A program made the position numbers and the translations under genes. This document shows, piece by piece, positions 1 through 12,411 of a stretch of DNA of 64,000 bases (position 1 is the first letter of the stretch; each line of letters starts with the position of its first letter). The stretch comes from Octopus vulgaris (lineage: Eukaryota). Under the pieces are notes generated by a model. It was not told the origin of the DNA. It saw only the letters and a program-made list of their open reading frames with translations, and did no database searches. The stretch covers positions 34,658,001 to 34,722,000 of the forward strand of contig OX597824.1 of NCBI GenBank assembly GCA_951406725.2, in the 5' to 3' direction.

Positions 1-2174
1 AGTTTGATAGCATTTGTTTTAAATACTCATTCATTTTCATTGGAATCTGTATTCTTCTAATTTTCTGAAGGTTAGTTTGATGAACTTGCGACATATGTCG
101 AAATCTATTAATTCTTTAATTTTGATACTATGCTTGAGATTATGGACAGAAGCATATCTGAATCTACAAGAAGAGAAATTCCAATGTTGGTTGGTTATAT
201 ACATTCTTATGACGCATTTATTTTTGTATATATTAAAAGATATTGATTCATATAAAATAAATATTCATGTTTATAAGATTGATCATCATCAGAAAGGTTT
301 TGAAACCATTAAATATTATGTTTTATTTTTTTAATATTCCATATTGAAAACAAAATGAATTTGTGGTATTAATTACTAAAACTAGATGGATTCACATTTT
401 TCTTCATGCAAAAACAATACTCTACATTGACATATAGAGAAGTTAGATTTGGCCATGAATAGGTTTAAACATAATTGTTTGGAAAAAATTATGCATAATA
501 ACAGAGCTACATTTGTGTTTACTGTCATCTTATGGAGATGGATTTCATTGTTAAGGACATCCAGCCATAGAAATTATGCCAAAGCAGATAGTTGGTGCTT
601 GGTGCAGGTCTCCAACTAGTCAGCTCAAGTCAAAAAGTTCAACCCATGCCAGTATGGAAAACATGTTAAATGACAATGATGATGATAATGATGGTGACAT
701 TTTATATTTCAAGATTCACGATTAATTAAAATTTCTTAATCATTCACTTTTCCTCATGTGTATATTTCATCATACATATATTTTTATTACTCACTTTTCA
801 TCATATGTATATTTTTATTACTCACTTTTCATCATACATATATATATTTTACTAGCAAGCTATTCCAAGAAGACTGAAGCCTGTAAACCTGACAATGATA
901 AATAAATTATTCATATTCCAATCAATATTATAATATTTTACCATTTATAACTTCAAAGTATTATTTTTACGACAAAAAGGAACAAAACTAACATCAGTCT
1001 GTTGATATATACCAATAATTACAATTTTCTGTTTATGTTTACTACTTTTGTACAAAAATTCTTATTACATTTTATGGTGCCAACTCATTCCATTTTATAC
1101 TTTTGTAAAATTATGGTTCTCTGTTTTAAAGTGTTTTGTTGACCATGTTTTATTTAACCCATAAGCAATTAAACCAACCAGATCCAGCCTCTTGCACCTA
1201 CCCTATAAAGTCATATTAAAAATGAACAATCACATCATTAAAGTTATGAGGTTATGCATGATTAGTTCGAAACAATTTGAATAAATAAGCATTACATTTG
1301 ACAGAATAAGCTGAATGCTAAATGCTTTAAATATTTGTTGCCATGATAATAGGGGAGGTAATTTTGGTTCACGTAGGAAATGGGAACTACTTTGACAAAC
1401 CATTTACAGATATTTACAAATATTTCATATGCAAAATGTTTTACTTTATATAAGCAATAATATATGTGTGTGTTTGTAAATTTACAATCTTTGTAGATCT
1501 CATTGTTTATTTTATTAAAAATTTTTCAAGTAAAATTGGTCTGTCTTCATTTATTTATTTTACTTTGGCGAATCTCCGACATGTCATGTAATGTTATGGG
1601 TTGGGTCTGCCCCTCTGGCGAATCCCCGACGTGTCATGTAATGTTATGGTTTTGTCTGCCCCTCTGGTGAATCCCTGACATGTCATGTAATGTTATGGAT
1701 TGGCCCTGTCCCTCTGGTGAATTTTCGACATGTCATGTAATGTTATGGGTTGGCCCTGCCCCTTTGTCGAATCTCCGACATGTCATGTAATGTTATGGTT
1801 TTGTCTGCCCCTCTGGTGAATCCCTGACATGTCATGTAATGTTATGGATTGGCCCTGTCCCTCTGGTGAATTTTCGACATGTCATGTAATGTTATGGGTT
1901 GGCCCTGCCCCTTTGTCGAATCTCCGACATGTCATGTAATGTTATAGTTTTGTCTGCCCCTCTGGTGAATCCCTGACATGTCATGTAATGCTATGGATTG
2001 GGTCTGCCCCTCTGGCGAATCCCTGACATGTCATGTAATGTTAATCGAACAGTAAAATTATCTTATTTTCTGTCTGTGTTTTGTTTACTTTTTTTTGACA
2101 CCAACTGTTACAACTTATTCTTATTCCAAATAACCTAAACATACACATTTGATGCCTCCCATTTGCAAACTTAC

Positions 2175-2343
2175 CATTTCTTACTTTGCCTGAAGCTGAT
2201 CCTATGCCTCTATAAAATACAGCAACTAGAACTGGTTCACTGCATATAAGCTGACACAGTTTACTATAGTTTGTAGTGTGCCACTCGTATGGACTATTTA
2301 AATTCAAGTAACCACCAATTGGTTTATGCAAATTGTTACCAGG
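2175..2343 (-). CDS. Internal coding exon of a host gene, resembling an IgGFc-binding protein N-terminal domain
   Basis: Minus strand: pyrimidine tract and branch-like CCTAAC/CCTGAC, then CATAG| acceptor; 169-nt open exon PGNNLHKPIGGY...SKLCQLICSEPVLVAVFYRGIGSASGKVRN-G; G|GTAAGT donor. 'CSEPVLVAVF' resembles the S-D/E-K-P-V-L-V-A-Q-F motif of that domain (recognised by eye). Confidence 0.55.
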
Positions 2344-2414
2344 CTATGGTCAGGAGTTAGGAAAAAAGTGGGAAAAACTATCAATCTGCAAGTTTTCTCT
2401 GTAAATAAAATAAT

Positions 2415-2575
2415 CATCGGTCTCTCTTGCTGAACGGTAAATAAACACACCAATATCGGTTGTCAAGTGATGGTAGTGGTGGTGGGGAGGGAACAAACAT
2501 AGACACACACACATACGATGGGCTTCTTTAAATTTCCGTCTACCAAATCCACTCACAAGGCTTTGGTCAGCCTAT
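2415..2575 (-). mobile_element. Octopus-type SINE fragment
   Basis: Matches the reverse complement of the SINE at 26301-26690 (TTTCCGTCTACCAAATCCACTCACAAGGCTTTGGTC). Confidence 0.8.
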
Positions 2576-4118
2576 ATATACATATATATATGGGTTTGTC
2601 TGCCCTTCTGGTGAATCGCTGACATGTCATGTAACGTTATGGATTGCGTCTGCCCCTCTGGCGAATCCCTGACGTGTCATGTAATGTTATGGATTGGCCC
2701 TGTCCCTCTGGTGGATTTTTGACATATCATGTAATGTTATGGGTTGGGTCTGCCCCTTTGGCGAATCTCTGACATGTCATGTAATGTTATGGTTTTGTCT
2801 GCCCCTCTGGCGAATCCCTGGCATGTCATGTAATGTTATGGATTGGGTCTGCCCCTCTGGCGAATCCCTGACATGTCATGTAATGTTATGGGTTTGGTCT
2901 GCCCCTCTGGCGAATCTGACATGTCACGTAATGTTATGGGTTGGCCCAGCCCCTTTGGAGAATCTTCAACATGTCATGTAATGTTATGGTTTTGTCTGCC
3001 CCTCTGGTGAAACCCTGACTTGTCATGTAATGTTATGGATTGGCACTGCCCCTCTGACAAATCCCCGACATGTCATGTAATGTTATGGGTTGGGTCTGCC
3101 CCTCTGACGAATCTTTGACATGTCATGTAATGTTATGGGTTGGCCCTGCCCCTTTGGTGAATTTTTGACATGTCATGTAATGTTATGGGTTAGCCCTGCC
3201 CCTTTGGCGAATCTCCGACATGTCATGTAATGTTATGGTGTTGTCTGCCCCTCTGGCGATTCCCTGACATGTCATGTAATGTTATGGATTGGCCCTGTCC
3301 CTCTAGTTAATTTTCGACAAGTCATGTAGCGTTATGGATTGGCCCTGCCCCTTTGTCGAATCCGACATGTCATGTAATGTTATGGTTTTGTCTGCCCCTC
3401 TGGCGAATCCCCGACATGTCATGTAATGTTATGGATTGGCCCTGTCCCTCTGGTTAATTTTCGACATGTCATGTAGCGTTATGGATTGGCCCTGCCCCTC
3501 TGGCGAATCTCCAACATGTCATGTAATGTTATGATTTTGTCTGCCCCTCTGGCGAATCCCTGACATGTCATGTAATGTTATGGGTTGGGTCTGCCCCTCT
3601 GGCGAATGTCCAGCATGTCATGTAATATTATGGATTGGCTCTACCCCTCTGGTGAATCTCCAATATGTCATGTAATGTTATGGATTGGCCCTGCTCCTCT
3701 GACGAATCTCCAAAATGTCACGTAATGTTATGGGTTAGGTCTGCCCCTCTGGCGAATCTGACATGTCATGTACTGTTATGGGTTGGCCCTGCTCCTTTGG
3801 AGAATCTTCAACATGTCATGTAATGTTATGGTTTTGTCTGGCCCTCTGGTGAATCCCTGACATCTTATGTAATGCTTTGGGTTGTGTCTACCCCTCTGGC
3901 GAATTTCCAACATGTCATGTAATGTTATGGGTTGACCCTGCCCCTTTGGCGAATCTCTGACATGTCATGTAATGTTATGGGTTGGCCCTGCCCCTTTGGT
4001 GAATTTTCGACATGTCATGTAATGTTATGGGTTGGGTCTGCCCCTCTGGCGAATCCCCAACATGTCATGTAATGTTATGGATTGGCCCTGCCCTGGCAAA
4101 TCACCCTCACATGTCATG

Positions 4119-4212
4119 TCTTTTTGGCATTGAACTGATGAGCTCTGTGGAATTTCTGCACACTTTTCATGCAACAATCGAAAGAATTCACCTTTAAATT
4201 TAGGGTTCTGTC
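4119..4212 (-). mobile_element. Tc1/mariner transposase 3' fragment
   Basis: Aligns by eye to 12561-12668 (GGCATTGAACTGATGA...TTTTCATGCAACAATCGAAA). Confidence 0.8.
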
Positions 4213-5340
4213 AAAGGCCTTCTCCATGTCAACGAAAGCCAGGTACAGGGGCTTATCTTTGGCTAGGTATTTCTCCTGTAGCTGTCTTACCAGAAATACA
4301 ATATCAGTAATGCTTTTCCCTGGCACGAAACCAAACTGTGTCTCATCTAAACTGACTCTATCCCTAATTAGTTGGGCTATGACCCTCTCCGTAATCTTTA
4401 TTACCTGATCCAACAGCTTGATACCTCTGTAATTGTTTGTATCTAAAGTGTCACCTTTACCTTTGTAGCAGTTGACTATTATGCTGCTACACCAGTCATT
4501 GGGTATGACTCCTTCATGTATCACCTGGTTAACTATATGGGTGACCAGGCTATAGCCAACACTGCCAGATATATTGAGCATCTCTGCAGTAATTCCTGAT
4601 GGGCCGGGGGCTTTCCTTGTCTTCATACTTTTAATTGCTTTATCTACCAAGGTACTGTCAACTCGGATAGCTGGTTCCTTTGTTGGGTCGACATTCGGCA
4701 GACTCTCTTTATCCCATTCATTTTCTTTATTCAACAACCTTTCATAGTGGCGTTTCCAAACCTCTCTCTTTGCAGCACCATTTAGCACAAGAGAACCACC
4801 ATCCATGCTGACACATTTCTCTCCTACAACATCATGATTCTCTCTCACACACTGTCTTGCAACACGAAATACCTCAAGTCTTTGATCTCCACAGCGCAGA
4901 ACATTGGCAAATTTTTTCTTATCTGCTTCTCTCTGGCTAAATAAACCTGTCTCCTAGCTTCTCTTCTGGCAGTCTGATACAATTCCCTGCTACCACCGTT
5001 CTTCCAGTCCTTCCAAGCCTGTCTCTTTTCTCTAATAGCCCTGTCTACAACATTGTTCCACCACCACGTTATTTTGGGTTGAGAGGGGACTTTGCACCAT
5101 CCACAGATCTGGTCAGTGGCTCTCAGCAGGTTGTCCTGTAGAAACCTTCAGTTGTCTTCTACACCATGTGAAGCTATATCCCCTTCTATTTTGTCAAAGG
5201 CTTCAAGTAGTATGTCTCTAAATCTCTGACCATTTGCAGAATCTTTAAGCTTCCAAACACTTCTTCTCCATGATGGTCATCTTCTGGGTGTTCACTTAGT
5301 CCTGATCCTAAAGTCATTAACTACCAGTCTATGTTGTGGG
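4208..5340 (-). mobile_element. RTE-clade LINE internal fragment (end of APE to RT domain 3)
   Basis: ORF 4114-4848 (KAPGPSGITAEML, NYRGIKLLDQ, QFGFVPG, YLAFVDMEKAFDR) is paralogous to 58200-58860. Confidence 0.92.
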
Positions 5341-5448
5341 GTACACACACATATATATATACACATATATACATACATATATATATATATATACATACAT
5401 ATATATACATATATACATACATATATATATATATATACATACATATTT

Positions 5449-8400
5449 TTGATCGCGGCCGCACAGTGCGTCTTTGGAACCTTGGATGTATATATACACA
5501 TATATACATCCATATATATATATATATACACATATATACATACATATATATATATATATATATACATACATATATATACATATATACATACATACATATT
5601 TTTGATCGCGGGCTGCACAGTGTGTCTTTAGAACCATGGCAGGCCTCATTTATAAAAATCAAGTGAAAATATTTTTGAAAGGCGGTTATAGACCTATAAA
5701 CACACAATTGATTGAAAGGAAATTTTGTGAAATATTCCTGGTTTGAGTGATTTAATTTATTTTTTAGAGTATCGGGTTCATGTTTTTCGGTTATTTGCTC
5801 CTATAGTTAAAATTATTACAGGAACCTCGGTTATTTTGGACAGTTCTATTTGCTTACAAATTGCCAGGAACGGAATTTTCCTAGTAAAATCTGCACTAAT
5901 TGTGGTCAACCACCTCTTAATATTATGGACCACCATGATGAATATTATACTTAAATTCTAAGATACCCAAAATAAAAGATTTTAAAGAGAAATAACAGTT
6001 TATTAATATGAATTGATATCTGAAATTAGAAACGTCACCTGAAGCATTTATTTGAAAAACAGAGTGGCTCTGTAAATAACAATGTCAATGAGAATGATGC
6101 AGCTGACTACTGTCATTTACCAGTTTGTCAAAATTAGGTGTCAAGTTGCTTGTGCTGATTCTTAACACTGACTGAAGATTTGAGTCTGTGAGAAGTGATC
6201 GATTCTTCCCCTTGTTAATTTTCATGATGGAGAAAGTCTGCTGACATATGTAAGTTGATGCAAACAACACAAACATCTTTCTTGCAAATTTTTTTAGATT
6301 TTGAAACTTTTTTGAATGTAGAGAAGCATAAAACCCTCGACCAGTGGTTTACTTTCAAACATCATCTTTAAAGAATTGTCGGCTTGCAAATGAATCAGTT
6401 CTATCTGCAGTTCCTCGGTAGTTGTTTCAATGTCACAGGCAAGAGGTGAGTTAAGCAAATCGAACAGGCCTTCAACTGCCTTGAAATCAGCAAATCTTCT
6501 AATGAATTCCTTTTGTAAAGCCATCAACTGGGAACTGTACTTGTCCGATGATTCTTGTGTAACAGACTGTGTTTTCAGCAGAGGGAAGTGAATAAATTTT
6601 TGCTCATTCAGCTGCTTGGCAAAAAGTCCAAGCTTCCATTGAAAAGCTTTCACTTCCAGGTACATTTCATGAGCAAATATACCTTTGCCTTGCAGTTTTG
6701 TGTTAAGTTCATTCAGCTTCTGCATTATGTCCACAGCAAATGCAAAATCACAAACCCATTTGTCACTCTCCATTTCGTTTAAAAAGTCACAGGAGATGTC
6801 TTGCATTTTGAGAAACATAAGAATCTCGGCTTTGAGGTCCCATACTCTCTTAAGAACTTTTCCAATGCTTAACCAGCGGACATTTGTGTAGTACAGCACA
6901 TCAGTAAAATCAGCCTCCACATCCTCCAAGAAACTTCGGAATTGCCTGTGTTTCAATCCCCGTGATCTTATTAAATTCACTGCACGCACCACAGGTTCGA
7001 TGACATGTTTGAGTTTTAAAGATGACTTACAAAGGCTTTCTTGATGTATGATGCAGTGAAAAGACAACACACTGTGTAGTGGAAAATCTTCTTTGATTTT
7101 GTCATTCAACAACTTCACAAGGCCGGAATGTTTACCGGTGAGTGAAGGAGCTCCATCGGTTGTAATGCTGGCCAGTTTATTTAGGGTTAATCCAGACCTG
7201 ATTGAACTGTTAATGACACTGTTGAACAAATCTTTTCCAGTAGTAGTGTCTTTGAGAGACTCCATAGATAACAATTCCTCTGTAATTTCAAAGTTTTCGT
7301 CAATTCCTCTGATGTAAATGAGTAACTGAGCAGTATCCCGAATATCAGTACTCTCATCTAAAGCAATAGAAAACCACTGAAATCGACCACTGGCTCTTAA
7401 CAGCTGTTCATGAATATTCACGGCAATTGCATCAATGCGACGAACAATAGTTCTTCGTGACAGGGAAATGGCTTCTACTTTTGACTTAACTCCAGGACAC
7501 ACAACGCTGACAGCATCAACCATACAATCTTTGATAAATTCTGCTTCTGTGAATGACTTGTTTTACTTTGCAATTTTGTTGGCCAATATAAAACTTGCCT
7601 TTGTCGCATTCCTTTGTAAAGAGGAAGTTTTATCAAACACATTTTGCTGTTGCTTCAAACGTTTTGTCAGATCATTTGCTTTCTTTTGCAGTTCTTGTTT
7701 TGATAAATTGTGTCCAAAATTGACATGCTTCGTTTGAAAGTGGCGTTTCAAATTATATTCCTTGAACACAGCAACTGTTTCAGAATAAATCAAACATGCA
7801 GCTTTCACTCCAACGTTGGTAAAGAAATACTTTTCAGTCCAATTTTCATTAAAAACACGATATTCCTCTTCAATTTTTCGCTTTTTAGATAGCTTCGAAC
7901 AACTCATTTTGGGTAAATGTTATCAGACAACAAAAGCTAGTTTGAAACACTCATGTCTGTACTAAATTCAAATAATCGATAGAGTGAATGATAACCAACC
8001 ACAGCTCTGTGTCCAGAAAAAGCTGGTTCAAGCCCTTTTATTAACCTGGCCGGCTTCTTCATTGGAATGAAACGCATCGTCCATCATGCCCTCTTCACCA
8101 TCTATCACGTGATTTATTTATTTGAATGTTTCAAGCATATCGATTGACTCGTTGTATTGCCACAATACTTGTTTCATTGTTCTATTAATTTTTGAGTTTG
8201 TAGGGTCTGACGAGAAAACACAGAAAAGATATCTTCACCCGGAAATGTGTTTTATTATGATGTCATAGGAATATTTCTCAAAATTTTTCATCGCTTCACA
8301 GTAGCTGAAACAAACAAACAGCGGACAATTTTGTGAAGGTGCGAAACAGTGAACTGAAATAAAATGCAAACTATTGTGAATTACTGTACAACTGAAACAG

Positions 8401-8487
8401 TTACGAAGTATCTGCATAGAAGTTGGGATCCATAAAAGCTATCGGCGGGCCGCATGCAGCCCGCGGGCCGTAGTTTGCCCACCCCTG
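5449..8487 (-). mobile_element. hAT DNA transposon, Buster/Charlie group (GTF2IRD2/SPIN-like); left TIR not found
   Basis: 5' TIR CAGGGGTGGGCAAACTACGGCCCGCGGG at 8487, flanked by TTCTAAGG (nnnTAnnn, Buster-type target); transposase ORFs inside. Confidence 0.85.
6085..7907 (-). pseudogene. hAT transposase with one nonsense codon (~7563) and one frameshift (~6290)
   Basis: BED-like N-terminus (FNENWTEKYFF...NLKRHFQTKH), SIALDESTD, TTDGAPS, HCIIHQE, VRWLS, C-terminal dimerisation region (FASTYICQQTFSIMK). Confidence 0.92.
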
Positions 8488-9201
8488 TTCTAAGGTCTAG
8501 TCACTGACCACAGAGCTACTCATCCATGTTCCAGTTTCAGGGACACAAACAGTGATGATATCAGTTAAGCTACACACACCAAGCAGAATTCTTAGCAACA
8601 TTTGATCCATTTTTACATGCTCTCTTCAAATTCTGCTGAGGTCAACTTTGTCTGTCATCCTTTTGGGGTTAATAAAATAAGTACCAGTTAAGCACAACTC
8701 ACCTCTCCACCCAAATCATTGGTCTTGTGCCAAAATTCAAAACTAATATTACATTAACATGATTTTTTTCAATCATTTACCTAAATACAACAGTTCTTTT
8801 AAATTTAAGAATGATTGATTAATGTTTTGTAAAAAAATCTTTTATAATAATATTTGTCTTTCTATTTTGATAGCATTTATTTTAAATACTCATTCATTTT
8901 CACTGCAATCTATATTCTTCTATTTTTCTGAAGATGAACTTGTGACACATGGTGAAGTCTATTAATTCTCAATTTTGATATTTTCCTTGAGATTATGGAC
9001 AGAAACATATCTGAATTTATAAGAAGAGAAATTCCTTAGAAAATGTTTAAGGTGGGAATTGTTTCAATTTCTTTTCATTCATTAAATTTTTGTTTGTTTT
9101 CTATTTAGTTGATGTTTTTAAATAGACTTTGGTTTTTAAGTAGATATTTTTGTTTTAATTAGTTTTCTTTTTCTTTTTTTGTTAATTATATTTTTGTTGG
9201 A

Positions 9202-9360
9202 GGTGCAGAGATGGCTCTGTAGGTAAGAAGTTTGCTTCCCAACCACATGGTTCTGAGTTCAGTCCCACAGCATGGCACCTTGGGCAAGTGTCTTCTACTG
9301 TAGCCCCAGGCTGTCCACAGCCTTCTGAATGGATTTGCTAGAGGAAAACTGAAAGAAGCC
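9202..9360 (+). mobile_element. SINE 5' (tRNA-derived head) fragment
   Basis: TGGCTCTGTAGGTAAG...GAGTTCAGTCCC A/B-box-like head, same family as 26301. Confidence 0.8.
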
Positions 9361-9365
9361 TTTCT

Positions 9366-9750
9366 CTCTTTACTCTTTTACTTTTTTCAGTCATTTGACT
9401 GTGGCCATGCTGGAGCACCGCCTTTAGTTGAGGAAATCGACCCCAGGACTTATTCTTTGTCAGCCTAGTACTCTTTTGCCGAACCACTAAGTTACGGGGA
9501 TGTAAACACACCAGCATCGGTTGTCAAGCGATGTTTGGGAGGACAAACACAGACACACAAACATACACACACACATACATATATACGATGGGCTTCTTTC
9601 AGTTTCTGTCTACCAAATCCACTCACAAGGCTTTGGTCAGCCTGAGGCTATAGACGATGGCACTTGCCCAAGGTCTCACGCAGTGGAACTGAATCTGGAA
9701 CCATGTGATTGGTAAGCAAGCTACTTACCACACAGCCACTCTTGTGCCTG
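9366..9750 (-). mobile_element. Full-length octopus-type SINE
   Basis: Reverse complement of the 26301-26690 element: head, central microsatellite, GCTCCAGCATGGCC tail. Confidence 0.88.
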
Positions 9751-10958
9751 TAACCATTCACACAACAACAATCCAATACTCCAACACAGAATCAATGAGA
9801 CTAACCACACATCTATCTATATGTATGTTATATATGACAGGCTTCCACACAGTTTCCGTCTACTTTAGTTACTTGAAGCTATAACAGAAGACACTTGCCC
9901 AAGGTGTCATGCATTGGAATTGAACCTGGAACAATGTGGTTGCAAAGAGAACTTACTGGTGACACCATGTATTTTGTATAATGGTGATGCTTGTTTACAA
10001 CCATCACGTGATATAGAAGACCATACAGAGAAAGAAAGCGGGACTGAGGTTGTTTTGTCCTCAACTAAAAACTAGAAGAGAGGCTAAGTGATGCCCCTAA
10101 AATATTTGCAGGTACAGGTTACTTTATGGATATTTTTATGGTACAGGATACATGAAAGATGAAGGTCCAATCTGACTCCAGTACTTATCCTCTTTGTAAG
10201 CCTGATACTTACTGAACTATAAATACACACAAACACATATCCGAAACAGCTGTAAGCCTATAATAAATAAATAAATCTATTATTTCTGTCCATTTCATAT
10301 ATACAGGACGTGCCTTAAAGAATTCACGGTTATTTAAATAAATTTATTTTACTAAATTTTCCTTTCGAGCATTGGGCCTTATGGAAGTAAAGTGGCTGAG
10401 CTCCTGGGCTACATGGAGGCAAAGTGGCTGAGCTTTGGCCTCATGGAGGCAATGGCCATTTGGCATTATGCCGTGCTTGAAAAGATCCATGAAGTCGAGC
10501 AAAATTGCAGTCATTAGCAGATACTGGTGCCAGCTCAGTCAAACCGTTAAACCCATGCCAGCATGGGCAAAGGATGTTAAATAATGATGATTGGTGCTAT
10601 AAACATTTTTTGATGCATTTATTTTTGTAAATATTAAGATATTGATTCATATAAAATAAATATACATTTATATCTTTATAAAATTTATTATCATCATACA
10701 GGTTTTGAAATCATTAAATATGTTTCTGTTTTTTAATATTCCATGTTGAAAGCAAGATGGATTGTGGTATTAATTGCTAAAACTAATTAGATTCACATTT
10801 TTCTTCATACACAAACAATATATGTAGGGAAGTTAGATTTGGCTATGAACAGGTATGAACTTAATTGTTTGGAAAAAATTATGCATAAAAACAGAGCTAC
10901 ATTTATGTTTGCTATCATCCTATGGAAATGTATTTCATTGATATTCATTGAGCATTTA

Positions 10959-11811
10959 GGATCTTTGTGGCTTTCGTTACTGTTTACAATTATTTAAAAA
11001 AATATTTTTAATGTATCATATAGATGTAATTTTTGACACTGAATCCAAATTTGTTGTTCATTTATTTCAGAAAAATTTTGCGAAAATGTTACAGGTGTTC
11101 AAAGTTTGATAATTTTCAGAATTTTCAGCCAATCAGAAAACAACAGTGGAAAACATTAAAAGATTTGTGAGCAAATTAAATATTTAAAACCTGTGAATAA
11201 ACCAACAGGAGTTGCTAGAAATAACAGTCAAAGCATTAAAATATACACAAGCAAAGTAAACAGTGCAAAACATTGAATCATTTGCAAGCAAATTAAATAT
11301 TTAGAAGCTATGAGCAAACCAACAGGAGTTGCTAGGAATAGCAGTCAAAACATTGTTTAAAACAGGCATTTATTAGTTTAAAAACTCAACTACGATAGTT
11401 TGTATTACACTCTAGGATTTTATAAAATAAATTATCTTTCTCATATTTCCTTCTCAACATAAATTCACAAAGAGTCAACCATGGAACAGTGTGTTCCACA
11501 CTGACATTTGTTCCCATGTTTTAAAGATGCCCAGGTACTCTCAATTTGTTGGTCATACTCCTTGTGCACTTTCTCAGCATCTTTGGTTGTTATGGAGACA
11601 GATTTTTGCTACGGTGATGTGTAAATACTCGCTTCTGATTGGCTAAAATACCCAAATTTTGCAAATTTTAAAGGCTAATAACTTTTTAATTATTGATTTA
11701 ATGGGAAAATAAATTTCGTTTTCATAATTAGTATACAAAACTTAATATATATACCAAATTTGAAAACAACTGGAACAAAATTGTAAACAGTGATGAAAAC
11801 CACAAAGATCC
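10959..11811. mobile_element. Non-autonomous TIR element (MITE)
   Basis: TIR GGATCTTTGTGGCTTTCGTTACTGTTTACAATT / AATTGTAAACAGTGATGAAAACCACAAAGATCC; near-perfect 8-bp TSD AGCATTTA/AACATTTA. Confidence 0.8.
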
Positions 11812-12411
11812 AACATTTATTTTTATGAATTGGTTAGATTTTATATTTTCAGATATATGAATAATTAAAATTTTTTCATTACACATTGTTAATTACATAC
11901 TTTTCATCATACATATATTTTACTTGTAAACCATTTCCAGAAGACACTTAAGCTTGTAATCTTTAAGAGGTTTACATTTTTATACTTTTACCATTGTTAT
12001 TCATTTTCACATATCACTGGAAATGAAATTATCATTAGCAATAAAGTTATCTCATTATATAATGAAATATGACTTACGTCTCAGTTTCTTTCTCTTCTTC
12101 CCTTTTCTGTTTTCAAGCCTAGAATATCATCTTATTGAATTTCACCTAATTATATAACTTAATTTTACATATAATAAAATGCACTGTGTCTCATTGGTCA
12201 CACTAGGATAAAGACAGTAAAACAACAGATTGGTAGTTAGTGATACTCACAAACATGAACGGCAGGCCAACTGCATTCAGATGATATGCTCTGAAGATGC
12301 AGGTCATTTAATCCAAATAAAACTGCAAATTTTGAATGGATATTGCATTTAGTTTATCAGTTTCACATATACACACACAGATATATCTTTATACACACAC
12401 ACACACACACA

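Larger units (their letters stand above)
1565..4119. repeat. 49-50 bp minisatellite array (~40 units), interrupted at ~2043-2590
   Basis: Recurring core GACATGTCATGTAATGTTATGG plus a variable GTTGGGTCTGCCCCTCTGGCGAATCCCC half; local trimeric higher-order period of 149 bp (1651 vs 1800). Confidence 0.95.

Noticed and set aside
77-334. 85-aa ORF at the window start
   Set aside because: The frame is not preserved in the duplicate copy at 8866-10730.
1565-4119. CRISPR-like repeat/spacer appearance
   Set aside because: The 'spacers' are variants of one sequence, there are no cas genes and the context is eukaryotic; it is a minisatellite.
8200-8250. CTGACGAG hammerhead-like core inside the hAT
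   Set aside because: No matching stem II, GAAA or stem I.
12073-12330. Two possible minus-strand exons (donors near 12077 and 12250)
   Set aside because: Weak acceptors, no recognisable peptide and no support linking them to the 2175-2343 exon.
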